This document shows positions 1 to 12,069 of a stretch of 64,000 nt of DNA, piece after piece. How positions within the stretch are numbered: position 1 is the stretch's first letter; the number at the start of each line of letters is the position of its first letter. The notes below the pieces were generated by a model. The model was not told where the DNA came from, did not search any database, and was given only the letters and a program-made list of their open reading frames with translations. Origin of the DNA: an uncultured delta proteobacterium. GTDB lineage: Bacteria > Desulfobacterota > Binatia > Bin18. Position numbers and translations under genes: made by a program. The stretch covers positions 37,580 through 101,579 of the forward strand of contig CAVTCR010000063.1 of assembly GCA_963733195.1 (NCBI GenBank), written 5' to 3'.

Positions 1-228
1 CTGAAGATCAGCTTCTGGCGTCATCTGATCACGCCAATATCGCTCAGGTCAATACGTCCCCAATTGACATGGCTCTGATCGCCTGAGTAAAGGCTTCGTA
101 ATACCAACGTTATTTTCACGGAATCGAGCATCTTCCTCAACTGATTTAGAACTCGTCGCCGACAGTCGAGACCTCCCAATCCTCCGGAATCACCCCCACC
201 TCGGTCTGCTTGTAACCCGGAGGAACTA

Positions 229-298
229 ATGGAGAATTGAGAGTTGAGAATTGAGAATTGTTTTCGTTCTTCATTTTCCATTCTCCATTCTCAATTAA
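229..298. repeat. Imperfect heptamer tandem arrays in inverted arrangement (TTGAGAA-type / CCATTCT-type)
   Basis: gagaattgagagttgagaattgagaattg followed by cattttccattctccattctcaatt. Confidence 0.7.
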
Positions 299-2702
299 GC
301 GAAAATCCCATTTTCGCGAGATGGCGGTTCACTTTCTGTTCCAGCTCGGCCACGCGGCTCGTCTGCTGCGGCAGCGGGGTTTCGTAGCGTTCGGCCAGTT
401 CCTTCACGCGCTGGGTCAGGGCCTGGCTGATACGGTCCATCTCGCCGTGGATGCGTGCATCGAGTACGGCCAGCCATTTGTCATCCACGACCAACGTCTT
501 GATCTCGGCCTCGGTGAGTTTGGGATATTGGGCATAGGCTTTCGCATCGAGTGCGGCCTCGGCGTCTTTGAGGCGCTTCTTGAGTTCGGACTCCTGGTCA
601 CTGAGCGTTAGCCAGGCATTTAAGAACCTCGGCTTCCTCTTTGGTCTCCTCATCTTTGGAGAACAGCCCTTTGATCTCCTTTAGGCGTGCGGCGATATTA
701 GCCTTGTTCACCTTGTCCAACGCGGAGAACGCACCTTCCTCACCACCGTGTTCTTCTTCCATCTCAGTCAACTGAGCGGTGACGCTTTCCAGCTCGGCCT
801 CCAGCTTCGTGATGGCTTCTTGTTCTTTGGCAAAGTAGCGAGCGACGATGAGCGGCTTCGGCACGAGATCGCACGCCCAGCCCTTGTCCTTCTCTTTGCC
901 TTTCTTGTCTTTCTCGATGATACGATAGGTCTCAGCCTTCCACCCATCAGTGGCGATCAGATAGCAGTCGTCCTGCATCGTCTCGGCCCAGTAATCCATC
1001 AGGTGCTGATAGACATCGTATTCATCGATCAGCGGCTTGCCGCTGTAGTGCGCGAGCAGGTTTTCGGAAAGGCCTTTGATGATGTGTTTGGGGTGACACT
1101 CAACCGTTAGTCCCTTGAGTGCCTTGCGTGCGTCTACGCCAATCGGCAAACAAGGCGTTCATACTATCGGTGAACGTCACAAACTCCGCGATGCTCGTAG
1201 ATGGTTTGTTTTAGTTGAGAGTGGAGAATGGATAATTGAGAATAGTGGGCGCGGAGCGGCTGGAAGAGTGCGGATTTGAGTCCAGGGAGAACGGACCAAT
1301 ATTTTTCGAGTGCATCGATGTCGCGGTTAGGGATGCCGCCGCGCAGGTGGCCTTCGATGTCTTGAATGTCTTCGGCCTCCTGACTGTCGATGTAACGCGG
1401 AATGTTGAGGTTGTATTCGTTCTTCTCGATCTCTGCGAACGGGACCATGCGCGCATATTTGGGAATCTCTACCTGTTTGGTGAAGACATCCACAATCTTG
1501 TGAATGTCCCTCGCACGCAACCGGTTCTTGTTACCGTCCTTCATGTAGCCCGCGCTGGCGTCAATCATAAAAATGCCACGGCGCGTGTGGGCGTCTTCTT
1601 TGTCGATGACGATGATACAGGCCGGAATGCCAGTGCCGTAAAACAGGTTCGCGGGCAGGCCAATGATGCCCTTGATGTAGCCCTTGCGGATCAAGTTGCG
1701 GCGGATGTCGGCTTCGGCATTGCCACGGAACAACACCCCATGCGGCAGAATGCATGCACCTTTGCCGTGGCTCTTGAGCGAGCGCACGATGTGCAGCAGA
1801 TAGGCGTAATCGCCCTGTTTGCCAGGCGGCACACCGAAGGACTTGAAACGCTCGTGCGGATCGTTGAGCGGATCGACACCGGTGCTCCAGCGCTTATCGC
1901 TGAACGGCGGATTCGCGACTACGTAATCAAAGGTCTTGAGGATGTCGCCATCTTTGAACTTGGGGTCAGCCAGCGAGTTGCCTTGCACGATCAACGCCGT
2001 CGGGTTGTTGTGCAGCACCATATTCATCCGCGCCAGACCGGACGTCGCCGCGTCTTTATCCTGGCCGTACAGCGTGACCTGCGCGTGGGCTTCATCGGCG
2101 ACTTTCAACAACAGCGAGCCGGAACCGCAGGTCGGGTCATAGACGGTGGTATCGTTCGTCGTCTTGGCATCGCGGATGCCGATGATCTGCGCAATGATGC
2201 GGCTGACCTCGGCAGGCGTGTAGAACTGCCCCTTGCTCTTGCCGCTATCCACGGCGAAGTGCTGCATCAGATATTCATAGGCATCGCCGAGAATGTCATC
2301 ACCGTCTGCGCGGTTCTTGCTGAAATCGAGCCGCTTATCTTCAAAGATGGCGATGAGGTCTGTTAGTCGCTCCACCATCTCCTTGCCGCTGCCGAGCTTG
2401 GTGGCGTCGTTGAAGTCCGGCATGTCGGACAGCTTGTTGGCATTGGCCAGCGGCGCGATGATCTTCTTGTTGATCTGGTCACCGATGTCAGGTTTGCCCT
2501 TGAGCGCGACCATGTCCTTGAAGCTGGCGCCCTCGGGAATGGTGATCGGCGCGAAAGGCACGCCGGCATATTTGTCGCTGACATATTTGATGAACAACAG
2601 GACCAGCACGTAGTCCTTGTATTGGCTGGCATCCATGCCGCCGCGCAGCGCATCGCAGCTCGACCACAGGGACGAGTAGAGTTCCGATTTCTTCAGGGCC
2701 AT
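291..2702 (-). CDS. hsdM: Type I restriction-modification methyltransferase subunit HsdM, split by two frameshifts (ORFs 1164-2702, 598-1149, 291-653)
   Basis: N-terminus MALKKSELYSSLWSSCDALRGGMDASQYKDY; GQFYTP, DPTCGSGSLL and NPPF motifs; downstream frames continue the long HsdM C-terminus (YDVYQHLMDYWAETMQDD...LVVDDKWL). Confidence 0.93.
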
Positions 2703-3338
2703 AGTGTCGTTAGATTCCGTTTCTTTGCGTAGTGATGAAGAGTCGCAAAATGCCTGAGATACCTACCAGCCCACGACAAGAATGTCATCGTAAGGTAGTA
2801 CTTTGGGATCAAAGACTCACTGGCAATATTATTGAATTGTCGCTGTGGATCGTGCTCTGGTAAGGCCACCAACATTTCCCCCTTACCAACGATGCTACTG
2901 CTTTCGCTCGGCAAGAAGCAAGGAAAAGACAGCCGTTTTTCTGCGAGGAGAAGAAATAACCGTATGAAATACGTCTGAGAGACGTTTGAGAAAGATCACA
3001 GGAGAACCGCGTCTCTACGGAGATTCAAGTAGACGAGGTTGGCTTCGAGCGTCAAGGAGGATCAGTTCCGGGGTACGCCCCTCGCGTAGCTCTTCGATCT
3101 GCTGGCCAAGCATGGCTGAGGGATGTTCTTGGACAAGAGAAAGGAACGCTTGCGCGTTACATAGCTCAAAGACGAGCGCTTGTAAGGGGCGATATTCATT
3201 CTCGCGATCTTTCTTATTAATTCGGAGAGTGTCTTGATGCCCCATCGGGCCGCGCTTCCCACAGAATCGGAAATCGCAGAAGGTTTTTCATTTTGGTTCT
3301 TGATCGATAAGGAAACGAAGGGCGAGAAGAAACACAAG

Positions 3339-3411
<73 letters not shown>

Positions 3412-3518
3412 ACAGGATGGGAATGGAGGAAAAGGGGAAACGGCAAAAAGGTAAAGAAAGAAAATACTGTATAACAGCGAGGATAATCTAACAGCCACCC
3501 GGTCACTTTGCAAGGGAA

Positions 3519-4894
3519 CTAGACCAATCCGACCTGAAGCGTCGTCAGAATCGCCCTGAGTCCCAGGTCATCGTATTGGGCGTTAATGTCAGAGCGGAAG
3601 ATGAAATGGATCATCCCGTCTTCTGCGATGGCTTCATCCGGGGGGTTTTCATCCCATGCGCCATTTTCACAGGCGCGCAGCAGCGCTTCGTCTACAGCAT
3701 AACTTCCAGAGCGCGTCTGAATAATGAGTTTCTTCAAGTTGCCTTGGGTGTCGATCTTTGCCTCGATCGTTGAGACATTGTTGGCAGCAACCACGTCGTT
3801 AATCTGCAGGTTTTTCCGCTGAAAAATAATCAGATGCTGGAACACCCGCAAGGCAACGCGTCTCACAAATGGTGCAAACCGATTCGCTTTAGCATTGAGG
3901 AAGGTCAGATTGCCTTGGCGAATATCTGGAAGCACATCAGGTGTGCCGATCGGGCCGGGTAATGCGAATAAATTTTCTGCTGGCGGAGGAGCCATAGCTA
4001 TGAGGTCTCGCCCCTGTGGTGGCTGCCGTTTTTCTTTTTCTTCTTGATCTTCTCCGGCGTCAGATATCCACCCTTGAGAGAGGAGTTCTTCTGGACGTGC
4101 AAATAATTTGGGCGCTCGCTTTGCCGCCTCTGCCGTCGTCGTAGGGGAGGGCTTCGCAAGAGACTCTTCATCTACCTCCCGTTCAAGCTTTTTCTTCACT
4201 TCAGGTTTGGGGACAGCAGGGGCAACGGGCGGTTTCATCGCCAGCTGTAGTGACTCACGCTTTTTCGCTTCTCGGGTTCCTGGAGTGCGACTTTTAGGTG
4301 GTGTCATATCTTCTGCGAGATCTTTTGTTGGCTTTTCAGTTGGTGATGCTACTCCCGGTTCTTTCTTTGCCTGTTGCACTGGCGGTTTTGGCTCTTCCTT
4401 CAGTGTTTTCTCGCGAACCGGAGGTTGGTCTTTGCGTGCTGGTGCTGGTCGTGGCAATCCGCGCGCAACCATCTCTTCTTTCGTCGCACTATTCCGATCG
4501 CTGAGCAGACGAGTCTTTTCGGGAATCTGATCGTTGACTTGATCCGGTGGACTCACAATCTGTTCTGGAAGCTTTTCCTGTGGCTTGGGTTCAGGCGGCT
4601 TCGGTTTTGTTTGCTCAGATGACTTGGGCTTTTCTACTGGTGGTTTCGGCTGTTCTATTGGCTTTTCCTGGAGAGGCGGTTCTGTTTTTGCCACAACAGG
4701 TGGCGCAGGTGGCGACGGAAGAAGTTCAACTTCTGTGAGTTGCTCTTGTGGCGGCTCTGGCATCAGGCGATAGAGCGTCGGAAAGAAGAGAAACAAGACT
4801 GCGTGTACAATCAAAGATAGAAAAAGAAAAACAGCGAGCGGGTCACGCTGCTCGGGTCGTTGGAACGTTTGTACGGCGGAAGTCATCGGCGGCA
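3519..4894 (-). CDS. TonB/TolA-like energy transducer (TM anchor, Pro/Lys/Glu-rich linker, TonB-type C-terminal domain)
   Basis: TM helix LFLSLIVHAVLF with S/H motif, long PEK-rich spacer, C-terminal SG...VDEALLRA motif; start uncertain. Confidence 0.75.
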
Positions 4895-4981
4895 TTCTAG
4901 CGATCCCCTCAACTTGCCGCAAGGAAGATCCTGTTACCTGTCTTGCCGATACAGAGAGAGATAGCGTATAGTAGCATCACT

Positions 4982-5179
4982 ATGTTTGGTCTTGGCATGG
5001 GTGAAATACTCATTATTCTCATCATCGTACTCATTTTTGGGGCGAATAAGCTGCCTGAGATCGGTGGCGGGCTGGGTAAAGCGATTCGCGATTTCCGCAA
5101 GGAAGTCAAAAAACCTGATGAGATTGACGTCACTCCAGAAACGAAATCCGGCTCCTCAGGAGAGGAAAAGTCTCACTAA
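4982..5179 (+). CDS. tatA: Twin-arginine translocase subunit TatA/E
   Basis: [40 protein letters not shown]. Confidence 0.93.
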   Translation: MFGLGMGEILIILIIVLIFGANKLPEIGGGLGKAIRDFRKEVKKPDEIDVTPETKSGSSGEEKSH

Positions 5180-6225
5180 GACGTCCCGAACTGTGCTGTG
5201 GCGACACGACAGCTCAGCTCAGTGACTGCTGCCGGAGGGTTGGGGAAGACGATCAGGAAGTTCACTGCCTGACCAGGCAGCACATGAAACTGTTTTGGTG
5301 GTGCCAGACCCTGAAGGACACTGATTTCACGCGTCGTTAGCGTTGGCAAACTTTCTGCCGTTGTCCCCATTCCACACGAGATTATTCGTTGTTCGATGGT
5401 TTCGCCATCAATGTCGTGCAATTGCCCTTCAATTTGGATAAGCGAGGCGGGTACTGAAGCATTGTTCGTGGCTTTGCCGGAAATCGCGAACACACGTTTA
5501 CTGTCTTTAGTTACCCAAAAGCCACTCTTTACATCTGATAACACAATGTGCTGTGGCGAAAATTGACTCGCAACAAACGAGGAGCCGACAACCGGAAGGC
5601 GTGCAAGCATGTTTGCTGTATCGGTCACATTCATTCGCCATCGGCTCCCAAGAAAGTAATAGCCAAGGACGAGAAGGACTAGAAAGCCAAGAGCTGGCCA
5701 TACAGAAAAAGTCGTGATCGGTGCTGGTCGTGAGCGTTGGCGAGGCGGCGCGTTTCGTTTTACTGGCTCGTTTCTTCGGTCTCCCTCAGTCGTGGTTGGA
5801 GGAGAGAATGAAGGAGCCGGGGAAGATAGAAGAGGGGAGTCAAGCGTAAAATCTTCTGGCTCAACGAAATCTTCTGAGAAACTCCTTGTTACCTGAGGTG
5901 ACTGTCCTGGAACTTTTGTTGGAGAGGTCGATTTAGGGGACGGCGTCGTGGCAGAAGATTCGTTGGAAGCATGCCCTAATGGAGATTGCTGATCGGGAGG
6001 AAAGTCATTTGCCGATGCGGATGATGACTCCACAAAAGCATCGGGAGATTCTAAAGGTGAATCATCGAGTAGAGGTTCTCCTCCAGTTTCTCGAGAGGGC
6101 CCTAGGAGATACGAAAAAATATGGCCACATTGTTCCCGCGAGCACTCAAAGAGTGTGGAGTCAGTGATCGATAAGGAGCCGTCCATGCGATAGCGGGTGT
6201 GACAGGCTGGGCATTCAATAATCAC
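5176..6225 (-). CDS. Zinc-ribbon (MJ0042-type) plus DUF3426-like membrane protein
   Basis: CPAC...CSREQC N-terminal ribbon, low-complexity linker, single TM, beta-rich C-terminal domain. Confidence 0.75.
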   Translation of the reverse strand: MIIECPACHTRYRMDGSLSITDSTLFECSREQCGHIFSYLLGPSRETGGEPLLDDSPLESPDAFVESSSASANDFPPDQQSPLGHASNESSATTPSPKSTSPTKVPGQSPQVTRSFSEDFVEPEDFTLDSPLLSSPAPSFSPPTTTEGDRRNEPVKRNAPPRQRSRPAPITTFSVWPALGFLVLLVLGYYFLGSRWRMNVTDTANMLARLPVVGSSFVASQFSPQHIVLSDVKSGFWVTKDSKRVFAISGKATNNASVPASLIQIEGQLHDIDGETIEQRIISCGMGTTAESLPTLTTREISVLQGLAPPKQFHVLPGQAVNFLIVFPNPPAAVTELSCRVATAQFGTS

Positions 6226-6346
6226 TCGCTGTCCTCCCTATGCAAAGAATTGTAGGAGGAAGTGAAGAAAAATCAACCTCGTTGACGATATATAGTAAAG
6301 AAAACTATAATGCTGCAACATTTCTGCAGCCAGTCTAGGGAATCAC

Positions 6347-7135
6347 TTGCGTTGGATTGTCCTTGCACTCCGTTTCTTTACGATTGCCGTACTCACGCTT
6401 TTTTGGGGCGTTCTCATTATTCTCTTTTCCTATCTTGACCGGTACGGCGAACGAGCCGCCCGGCTCATTCGCTTCTGGGCGCGGGGAGTGCTATGGGTGT
6501 GTGGGGTGAAAATCCGTGTTCACGGCCGAGAGCGTATTGATCCAACGAAAGCTTATCTATTCATGGCGAACCACCAGAGCAACTTTGATATCCCCATTCT
6601 CACGGCGGCGTTTGATACGCTGCAAGTACGCTGGGTCTCAAAGCAAGAGGTACGCAAGGTTCCTATCATTGGCTTATGTATGCAACGCACGCATCAAGTA
6701 TTGGTTGACCGTGACAGTCCAACCCAAGCGATTGCAGTGATTCGTCAAGTCAAAGCATTACTTGAGGCTGGCATATCAGCCGTTTTCTTTCCTGAAGGGA
6801 CCCGCACTCGCGATGGCCATTTGCAGCCGTTCAAACCCGGTGGTTTTGCCGTGGCCACTGAAGCAAAAGTTCCTGTCGTTCCTACAGTGATTAATGGGAG
6901 CCGGGCGCTTTGGCCTCCCGGGGGGCTGGATTTGCGACCGGGAACTGTTGACGTCATATTTTGTGAACCGCTTTCAGTGAATCCACATTTGAGCAAGAAA
7001 GCTGCGCGTGAAGATCTCCTGGGAAAAGTACACGCTGCGATAGCAGAGCAATTGCGAGGTGATGTCCCAGTAACAGCTCCTGTTGTTTCCCCAGCCCTTG
7101 TTCCAACTTCCGCACCGGAGCATCCGACTACATGA
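6347..7135 (+). CDS. plsC: 1-acyl-sn-glycerol-3-phosphate acyltransferase
   Basis: NHQSNFD (HX4D) and FPEGTRT motifs. Confidence 0.88.
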   Translation: MRWIVLALRFFTIAVLTLFWGVLIILFSYLDRYGERAARLIRFWARGVLWVCGVKIRVHGRERIDPTKAYLFMANHQSNFDIPILTAAFDTLQVRWVSKQEVRKVPIIGLCMQRTHQVLVDRDSPTQAIAVIRQVKALLEAGISAVFFPEGTRTRDGHLQPFKPGGFAVATEAKVPVVPTVINGSRALWPPGGLDLRPGTVDVIFCEPLSVNPHLSKKAAREDLLGKVHAAIAEQLRGDVPVTAPVVSPALVPTSAPEHPTT

Positions 7136-8799
7136 GTGAGGGTACTTTACGTATTATTCCCCTTGGCGGGCTAGGCGAGATCGGTCTCAACTTGATGCTG
7201 ATCGAATATTGCCCGGCAGACAGCGAGGATATTGCAGCCATTGCTGTTGACTGTGGCTTGATGTTCCCCGAGCGAGAAATGCTGGGAATCGACGTAGTTA
7301 TTCCCGACTTTACCTATTTGCGCGAGAAACGCCACCTGAAAGGGGTGGTGTTTACCCACGGGCACGAGGACCACATTGGTGCGCTTCCTCATCTGTTGCG
7401 GGAGTTTAACGTGCCCGTCTATGGCACAGCTTTTACCCTGGGGTTACTGCGTGACAAACTCGATGAGCATGATCTGCTGGAGGAGACTGAACTTCACGAA
7501 TTTCGCCCACGACAGTCTTGGCAGATTGGTCCCTTTCAGATTGAAGGCATTCATGTCACCCATAGCATTGTTGATGCAGCCGCTCTGGCAATCACAACAC
7601 CACTTGGGGTTATCGTCCATACGGGGGATTTTAAACTCGACCAAACGCCGATAGATGGCCGGCAGTCGGATATTGCACGGTTAGCAGAATTAGGAGAGCA
7701 AGGCGTATTGCTCCTCCTTTCTGATTCAACCAATGTCGAACGGCCTGGCACTACACCATCAGAGCGGACCTTAACTCGCCCCCTTGAAGACCTTATGGCG
7801 CATGCGAGTGGTAAAGTACTGGTGGCGACGTTTGCCTCGCATGTCCATCGTATTCGCCAAGTGATTGACCTTTCTCTGAAACAAGGGCGTGCGGTGGGGG
7901 TGGTCGGCAAAAGCTTAGTAAATAATATTGAAATTGCTCGTGAGGTCGGTCACCTCAAGATTCCTGCGGACACGTTGGTCGATATCGGGAAGGTTGGTGA
8001 TCGAGATCCACAAACCGTTACGCTCCTGACGACAGGATCGCAAGGCGAACCGCTTTCTGCTCTGTCACGCATTGCTACTGGCGCTCACCCTCATGTCAAG
8101 ATTCGCCCTGGCGATACGGTAATTTTGTCATCGCGGGTTATTCCTGGTAATGAACGTACTATTGCTCGTCTCCTCGATCACTTGTGCCGACGAGGTGCAG
8201 AGGTATACTATGAGGCCATCGCGTGTGTTCATGTGTCCGGCCACGCGAGCCAAGAAGAATTGCAGCTCATGTTAAACCTGTTACGGCCACAATTCTTCGT
8301 CCCTATTCATGGAGAGTTTCGTTTTCTGGTTCGTCACTGTGAGTTAGCCCGTGGCGTGGGGGTCGATCCCACAGGAGTGTTTTTACTAGAAGATGGTCAA
8401 GTGCTGGAGATTACGACGAAGGGCGCACATGTCACAGAGTCCGTGCAGGCGGGACGGGTCTTCGTCGATGGGTTAGGTGGCATAGAAGAAGAGGTGCTCC
8501 GCGATCGCCGCCATATGGCCGAGGATGGGCTTGTGGTCGCGATTGTCGGGATTGCGCAGCAGACTGGAGAAGTGTTGACCGGGCCGGACCTGTTGTCCCG
8601 TGGGTTCCTAGCGGCAACGAATGGCGAAGGGTTTGATGCTGCTAAGGAAGCGGTTCGTACTGCGTTGGGTGAGTTACCGCGAGAGTCGCGGACAGATATT
8701 GGGATGGTGAAAGAACAAGTCCGACAAGTCTTGCGACGCTATTTCCGACGCACGTTAGGTCGACGTCCGGTGGTGCTGCCATTTGTGATGGAGATGTGA
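7132..8799 (+). CDS. rnj: Ribonuclease J
   Basis: PLGGLGEIGLN, THGHEDHIG, TGSQGEP, HVSGHAS, PIHGE motifs. Confidence 0.96.
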   Translation: MSEGTLRIIPLGGLGEIGLNLMLIEYCPADSEDIAAIAVDCGLMFPEREMLGIDVVIPDFTYLREKRHLKGVVFTHGHEDHIGALPHLLREFNVPVYGTAFTLGLLRDKLDEHDLLEETELHEFRPRQSWQIGPFQIEGIHVTHSIVDAAALAITTPLGVIVHTGDFKLDQTPIDGRQSDIARLAELGEQGVLLLLSDSTNVERPGTTPSERTLTRPLEDLMAHASGKVLVATFASHVHRIRQVIDLSLKQGRAVGVVGKSLVNNIEIAREVGHLKIPADTLVDIGKVGDRDPQTVTLLTTGSQGEPLSALSRIATGAHPHVKIRPGDTVILSSRVIPGNERTIARLLDHLCRRGAEVYYEAIACVHVSGHASQEELQLMLNLLRPQFFVPIHGEFRFLVRHCELARGVGVDPTGVFLLEDGQVLEITTKGAHVTESVQAGRVFVDGLGGIEEEVLRDRRHMAEDGLVVAIVGIAQQTGEVLTGPDLLSRGFLAATNGEGFDAAKEAVRTALGELPRESRTDIGMVKEQVRQVLRRYFRRTLGRRPVVLPFVMEM

Positions 8800-8818
8800 T
8801 GCGGAGGAGGGGGAGGAT

Positions 8819-11203
8819 ATGGCGGTGGGGAAGAAACCGCGGTCGGAGGAGCAACCCTTCGGGGGAGAGGTGATTGGGGTCGCTAATATTGCCTTAGCGA
8901 TCTTTTTTACCCTGGCATTCTATTCATATCAGGCTGGTGAGACGAGCAGTAACTCTGTTGGTTTGATCGGTTACCTGCTAGCCGACCTGTTATGTCCGGC
9001 TTTTGGCCAGGCGTGCTATTTATTACCATTATCGCTGCTGTACTTCGCTGGAGTGCTTCTCCACCAGTGGCAGTGTCATGCGTTGATATCTCAATTGCTC
9101 TCGTTTGGGACTTTCCTTGTTACGACCGCTGCGCTGCTTGCGTTGTGGGGAGGGCAGCGTCCTGTCATCGAGGCCGGTGGTTGGGTCGGTGGGTTTCTCG
9201 CTCTGCACTTGCGCACTGGGCTCAATATGATCGGCACCCATTTACTCCTCGTTCCGGTGTTGCTGATGTCGTTTATGGGAATGACCCGCGTAACCTTGTC
9301 CGATACCGGAGTTGGGATCTTTGCTCAGAGTTATGCCTTGATCATTAAAAGTTATACCCTGCTGAGGCAGCTAGGGGGAGTGTTCAAGTGGTTCGAAGGG
9401 CTTCTTCCTCGCCTTGCCTGGGAACGTCCAGAATTGCCTGACCCTGAGCTTGAGATAGTGCCGACGAAGCGCACGAGTCGGAAAGAATCAGTTACTAAGA
9501 AATCATCTCCAGCCATTCTATTAGAGGAGGAAGAAGAGGAAGCCTCACTACCGCCGATCATTATTACCGAGCCTGCACCATCGCCGATTCCAGTCGCCAA
9601 AACCGAACGCTCAAAGCCAGCGCCGGTCAAGGTATTCAGCGAAGCCGTGACGGCCAATGGAAGACCTTATGTGCTTCCCGCCGTGTCACTGATTGATCCG
9701 CCGGTACGTTTAGCGGTGAAAGTTGATGAAGATGCCTTGCATGCGAGTTCACGTATTCTTGAGAACAAACTTGGAGATTTTGGTGTTGAAGGGAAAGTTG
9801 TTGCGGTTCGTCCTGGGCCGGTGATTACCACGTATGAGTTCGAACCTGCCCCTGGCGTCAAAGTGAACCGTGTGGTGTCATTAGCCGACGATCTCCAGAT
9901 GGCGTTGCGTGCGGTGTCCGTGCGTATTCTCGCGCCGATTCCCGGTAAAGCCGTGGTGGGTATAGAGGTTTCTAATCCACGACGTGAGAAAGTCTGTATG
10001 CGCGAGATCGTCGAAAGCCAAGGGTTCCAGCAGTCTGATTCGCCGCTGACGTTGGCACTCGGGAAAGATACGGTGGGAAATCCGGTGGTCGCGGATATCG
10101 CGCGTATGCCGCATCTCCTGGTGGCGGGAGCGACCGGAACTGGGAAATCGGTCTCACTCAACGTGATGATCATGAGTATGCTCTATCGGGCAACTCCGCG
10201 TGACGTTCGCTTCATCATGATCGACCCGAAAATGCTTGAACTTTCCCTCTACGAAGATCTCCCGCATCAGCTTTCGCATGTGATTACCAATCCCAAAGAA
10301 GCTGGGGCGGCACTGCAAGAAGTCGTGCGACGTATGGAGTATCGCTACAAACTCCTCAAAGACAAAGGTGTGAGAAGCATTGCGGCTTACAATCGTGTGC
10401 TAGAAGCCGGACAACCGAACGCCAAGGGTGTCGTGAAGCTAACCGAGATCATCGAGGAAGGTGATGACGATGAAGAGTTGCAAAGTAGATCATCGTCTGC
10501 GGTAAAGAGTGAGCCGTTTGTCCATCAGCGACTACCGTATTTAGTGGTGATTGTGGATGAGCTCGCTGACTTGATGCTGACTGTTGGCCGCGAGATTGAG
10601 GAGCCTATTACTCGTTTGGCGCAGATGGGTCGTGCCGCAGGAATTCACCTCATCCTGGCAACCCAACGTCCGTCAGTTGATGTCATCACCGGTTTGATCA
10701 AAGCAAACTTTCCTGCCCGTGTGTCATTCCAAGTTTCTTCACGGATAGACTCGCGCACGATTCTTGATGCGATTGGTGCCGAGCGACTCTTGGGCGAAGG
10801 CGATATGTTGTTCCTCCCACCGGGGAGTGCCAAACCACAGCGTATTCATGGTGCCTACATTTCTGAACCGGAAATTCGCAAAGTGGCGACGGCCATCAAG
10901 AAACAAGGCAAACCTGTCTATGATGCGGAGTTTGTTGCGGCACTCGAGAAGGCGCGTAGTAACAAGGGGGCTGATGGCAGTGTCGAAGAAGACGACTACG
11001 ATGAGATGTATGAGCAGGCACGAGAGTTGGTGATGGAGAGTCGTCAAGCGTCTATTTCTTGGCTCCAACGCCGACTGCGGGTTGGCTATAACCGAGCCGC
11101 ACGTATGATCGAACGCATGGAGCGGGAAGGGCTGGTGGCTCCTGCTGCCGAAGCTGGGAAACCCCGCGAGGTCTTGGTGCGGGCGAGTGGGGGAAGAGAA
11201 TGA
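8819..11203 (+). CDS. ftsK: DNA translocase FtsK
   Basis: N-terminal 4TM domain; PHLLVAGATGTGKS Walker A; VDELADLM; TQRPSVDV; gamma domain LRVGYNRAAR. Confidence 0.96.
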   Translation: MAVGKKPRSEEQPFGGEVIGVANIALAIFFTLAFYSYQAGETSSNSVGLIGYLLADLLCPAFGQACYLLPLSLLYFAGVLLHQWQCHALISQLLSFGTFLVTTAALLALWGGQRPVIEAGGWVGGFLALHLRTGLNMIGTHLLLVPVLLMSFMGMTRVTLSDTGVGIFAQSYALIIKSYTLLRQLGGVFKWFEGLLPRLAWERPELPDPELEIVPTKRTSRKESVTKKSSPAILLEEEEEEASLPPIIITEPAPSPIPVAKTERSKPAPVKVFSEAVTANGRPYVLPAVSLIDPPVRLAVKVDEDALHASSRILENKLGDFGVEGKVVAVRPGPVITTYEFEPAPGVKVNRVVSLADDLQMALRAVSVRILAPIPGKAVVGIEVSNPRREKVCMREIVESQGFQQSDSPLTLALGKDTVGNPVVADIARMPHLLVAGATGTGKSVSLNVMIMSMLYRATPRDVRFIMIDPKMLELSLYEDLPHQLSHVITNPKEAGAALQEVVRRMEYRYKLLKDKGVRSIAAYNRVLEAGQPNAKGVVKLTEIIEEGDDDEELQSRSSSAVKSEPFVHQRLPYLVVIVDELADLMLTVGREIEEPITRLAQMGRAAGIHLILATQRPSVDVITGLIKANFPARVSFQVSSRIDSRTILDAIGAERLLGEGDMLFLPPGSAKPQRIHGAYISEPEIRKVATAIKKQGKPVYDAEFVAALEKARSNKGADGSVEEDDYDEMYEQARELVMESRQASISWLQRRLRVGYNRAARMIERMEREGLVAPAAEAGKPREVLVRASGGRE

Positions 11204-11288
11204 AAAGTAATGCAAAATGTAGAATGCTGAATGATGAATGGAAAAATGGTGAGAGAGCTTTTTTTGCCTTTGCGGTGTTCTATACTGC

Positions 11289-11969
11289 ATGACTATGCCA
11301 ATACGTTTCTCACGATTAGCCGTTGTCATTTTTCTCTTTTATTCATCGTTCATCGTTCAGCATTCCGCATTTGCTGCTCAAACGGCATCCGTCCAGACCG
11401 TCGTGAAAAAACTCCAGGCGCGATACGATTCGACCACAGGCTTTCATGCTGACTTCAAGCAGGAGGTAGAATCCGCCACACTAGGGCAGAAGGTTGAGGC
11501 CCACGGAAAGGTTTTCTTCAAAAAGCCTGGCCGTATGCGCTGGGAGTTTATCGATCCTGAACAGCTTCTGGTGTCCGATGGGGAATTCTTCTGGTTGTAT
11601 CAGCCAAAAGAAAATCAAGTCATCAAAACCCCGTTCGCCCAAGCCTTTTACTCAAATTCCCCTGCTTCGTTTCTCCTAGGAGTCGGGCGGATCACGCAAG
11701 ATTTTACTCCCAGCTTGCAAGCCCAGAATGCGAAGACGTACACGCTGCGCTTAACGCCGAAGAAAGATCCCGAAGCGATCGGTTTGCTGGATCTCGAAGT
11801 TGACGCGAAGACGTTTGATATTCTTCAAGCGACGATCATAGATCCCATCGGCAACACCACAAAAGTGCACTTTTCTAATATCGATCGCAAAGGACCGCTG
11901 GACGAATCGCTCTTTCGTTTCACGGTCCCGTCTGGGGTCGATATAGTCGACACTCCATCGCCTTCTTGA
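11289..11969 (+). CDS. lolA: Outer membrane lipoprotein carrier LolA
   Basis: Signal peptide, KKPGRMRWE motif, typical position after ftsK. Confidence 0.88.
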   Translation: MTMPIRFSRLAVVIFLFYSSFIVQHSAFAAQTASVQTVVKKLQARYDSTTGFHADFKQEVESATLGQKVEAHGKVFFKKPGRMRWEFIDPEQLLVSDGEFFWLYQPKENQVIKTPFAQAFYSNSPASFLLGVGRITQDFTPSLQAQNAKTYTLRLTPKKDPEAIGLLDLEVDAKTFDILQATIIDPIGNTTKVHFSNIDRKGPLDESLFRFTVPSGVDIVDTPSPS

Positions 11970-12069
11970 TATGGCACGCGACATCGAGAAGAGTCCAGAG
12001 TCTTAGGGTCTAGGGGTCAGAATCCGAAAACTATGGGTAGCCTAAATGACATGTGGCGGGTCTTTTCCT

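Noticed and set aside
1236-2366. 376-aa plus-strand ORF, and similar long antisense ORFs elsewhere
   Set aside because: Shadow ORFs opposite well-supported genes, with no recognisable motifs
291-2702. Programmed frameshifting or phase variation of hsdM
   Set aside because: No obvious slippery tract at the breaks, and similar single indels occur across unrelated genes, which favours sequencing error
2986-3337. Possible integrase remnant next to the tRNA
   Set aside because: No recognisable tyrosine or serine recombinase motif in any of the short ORFs
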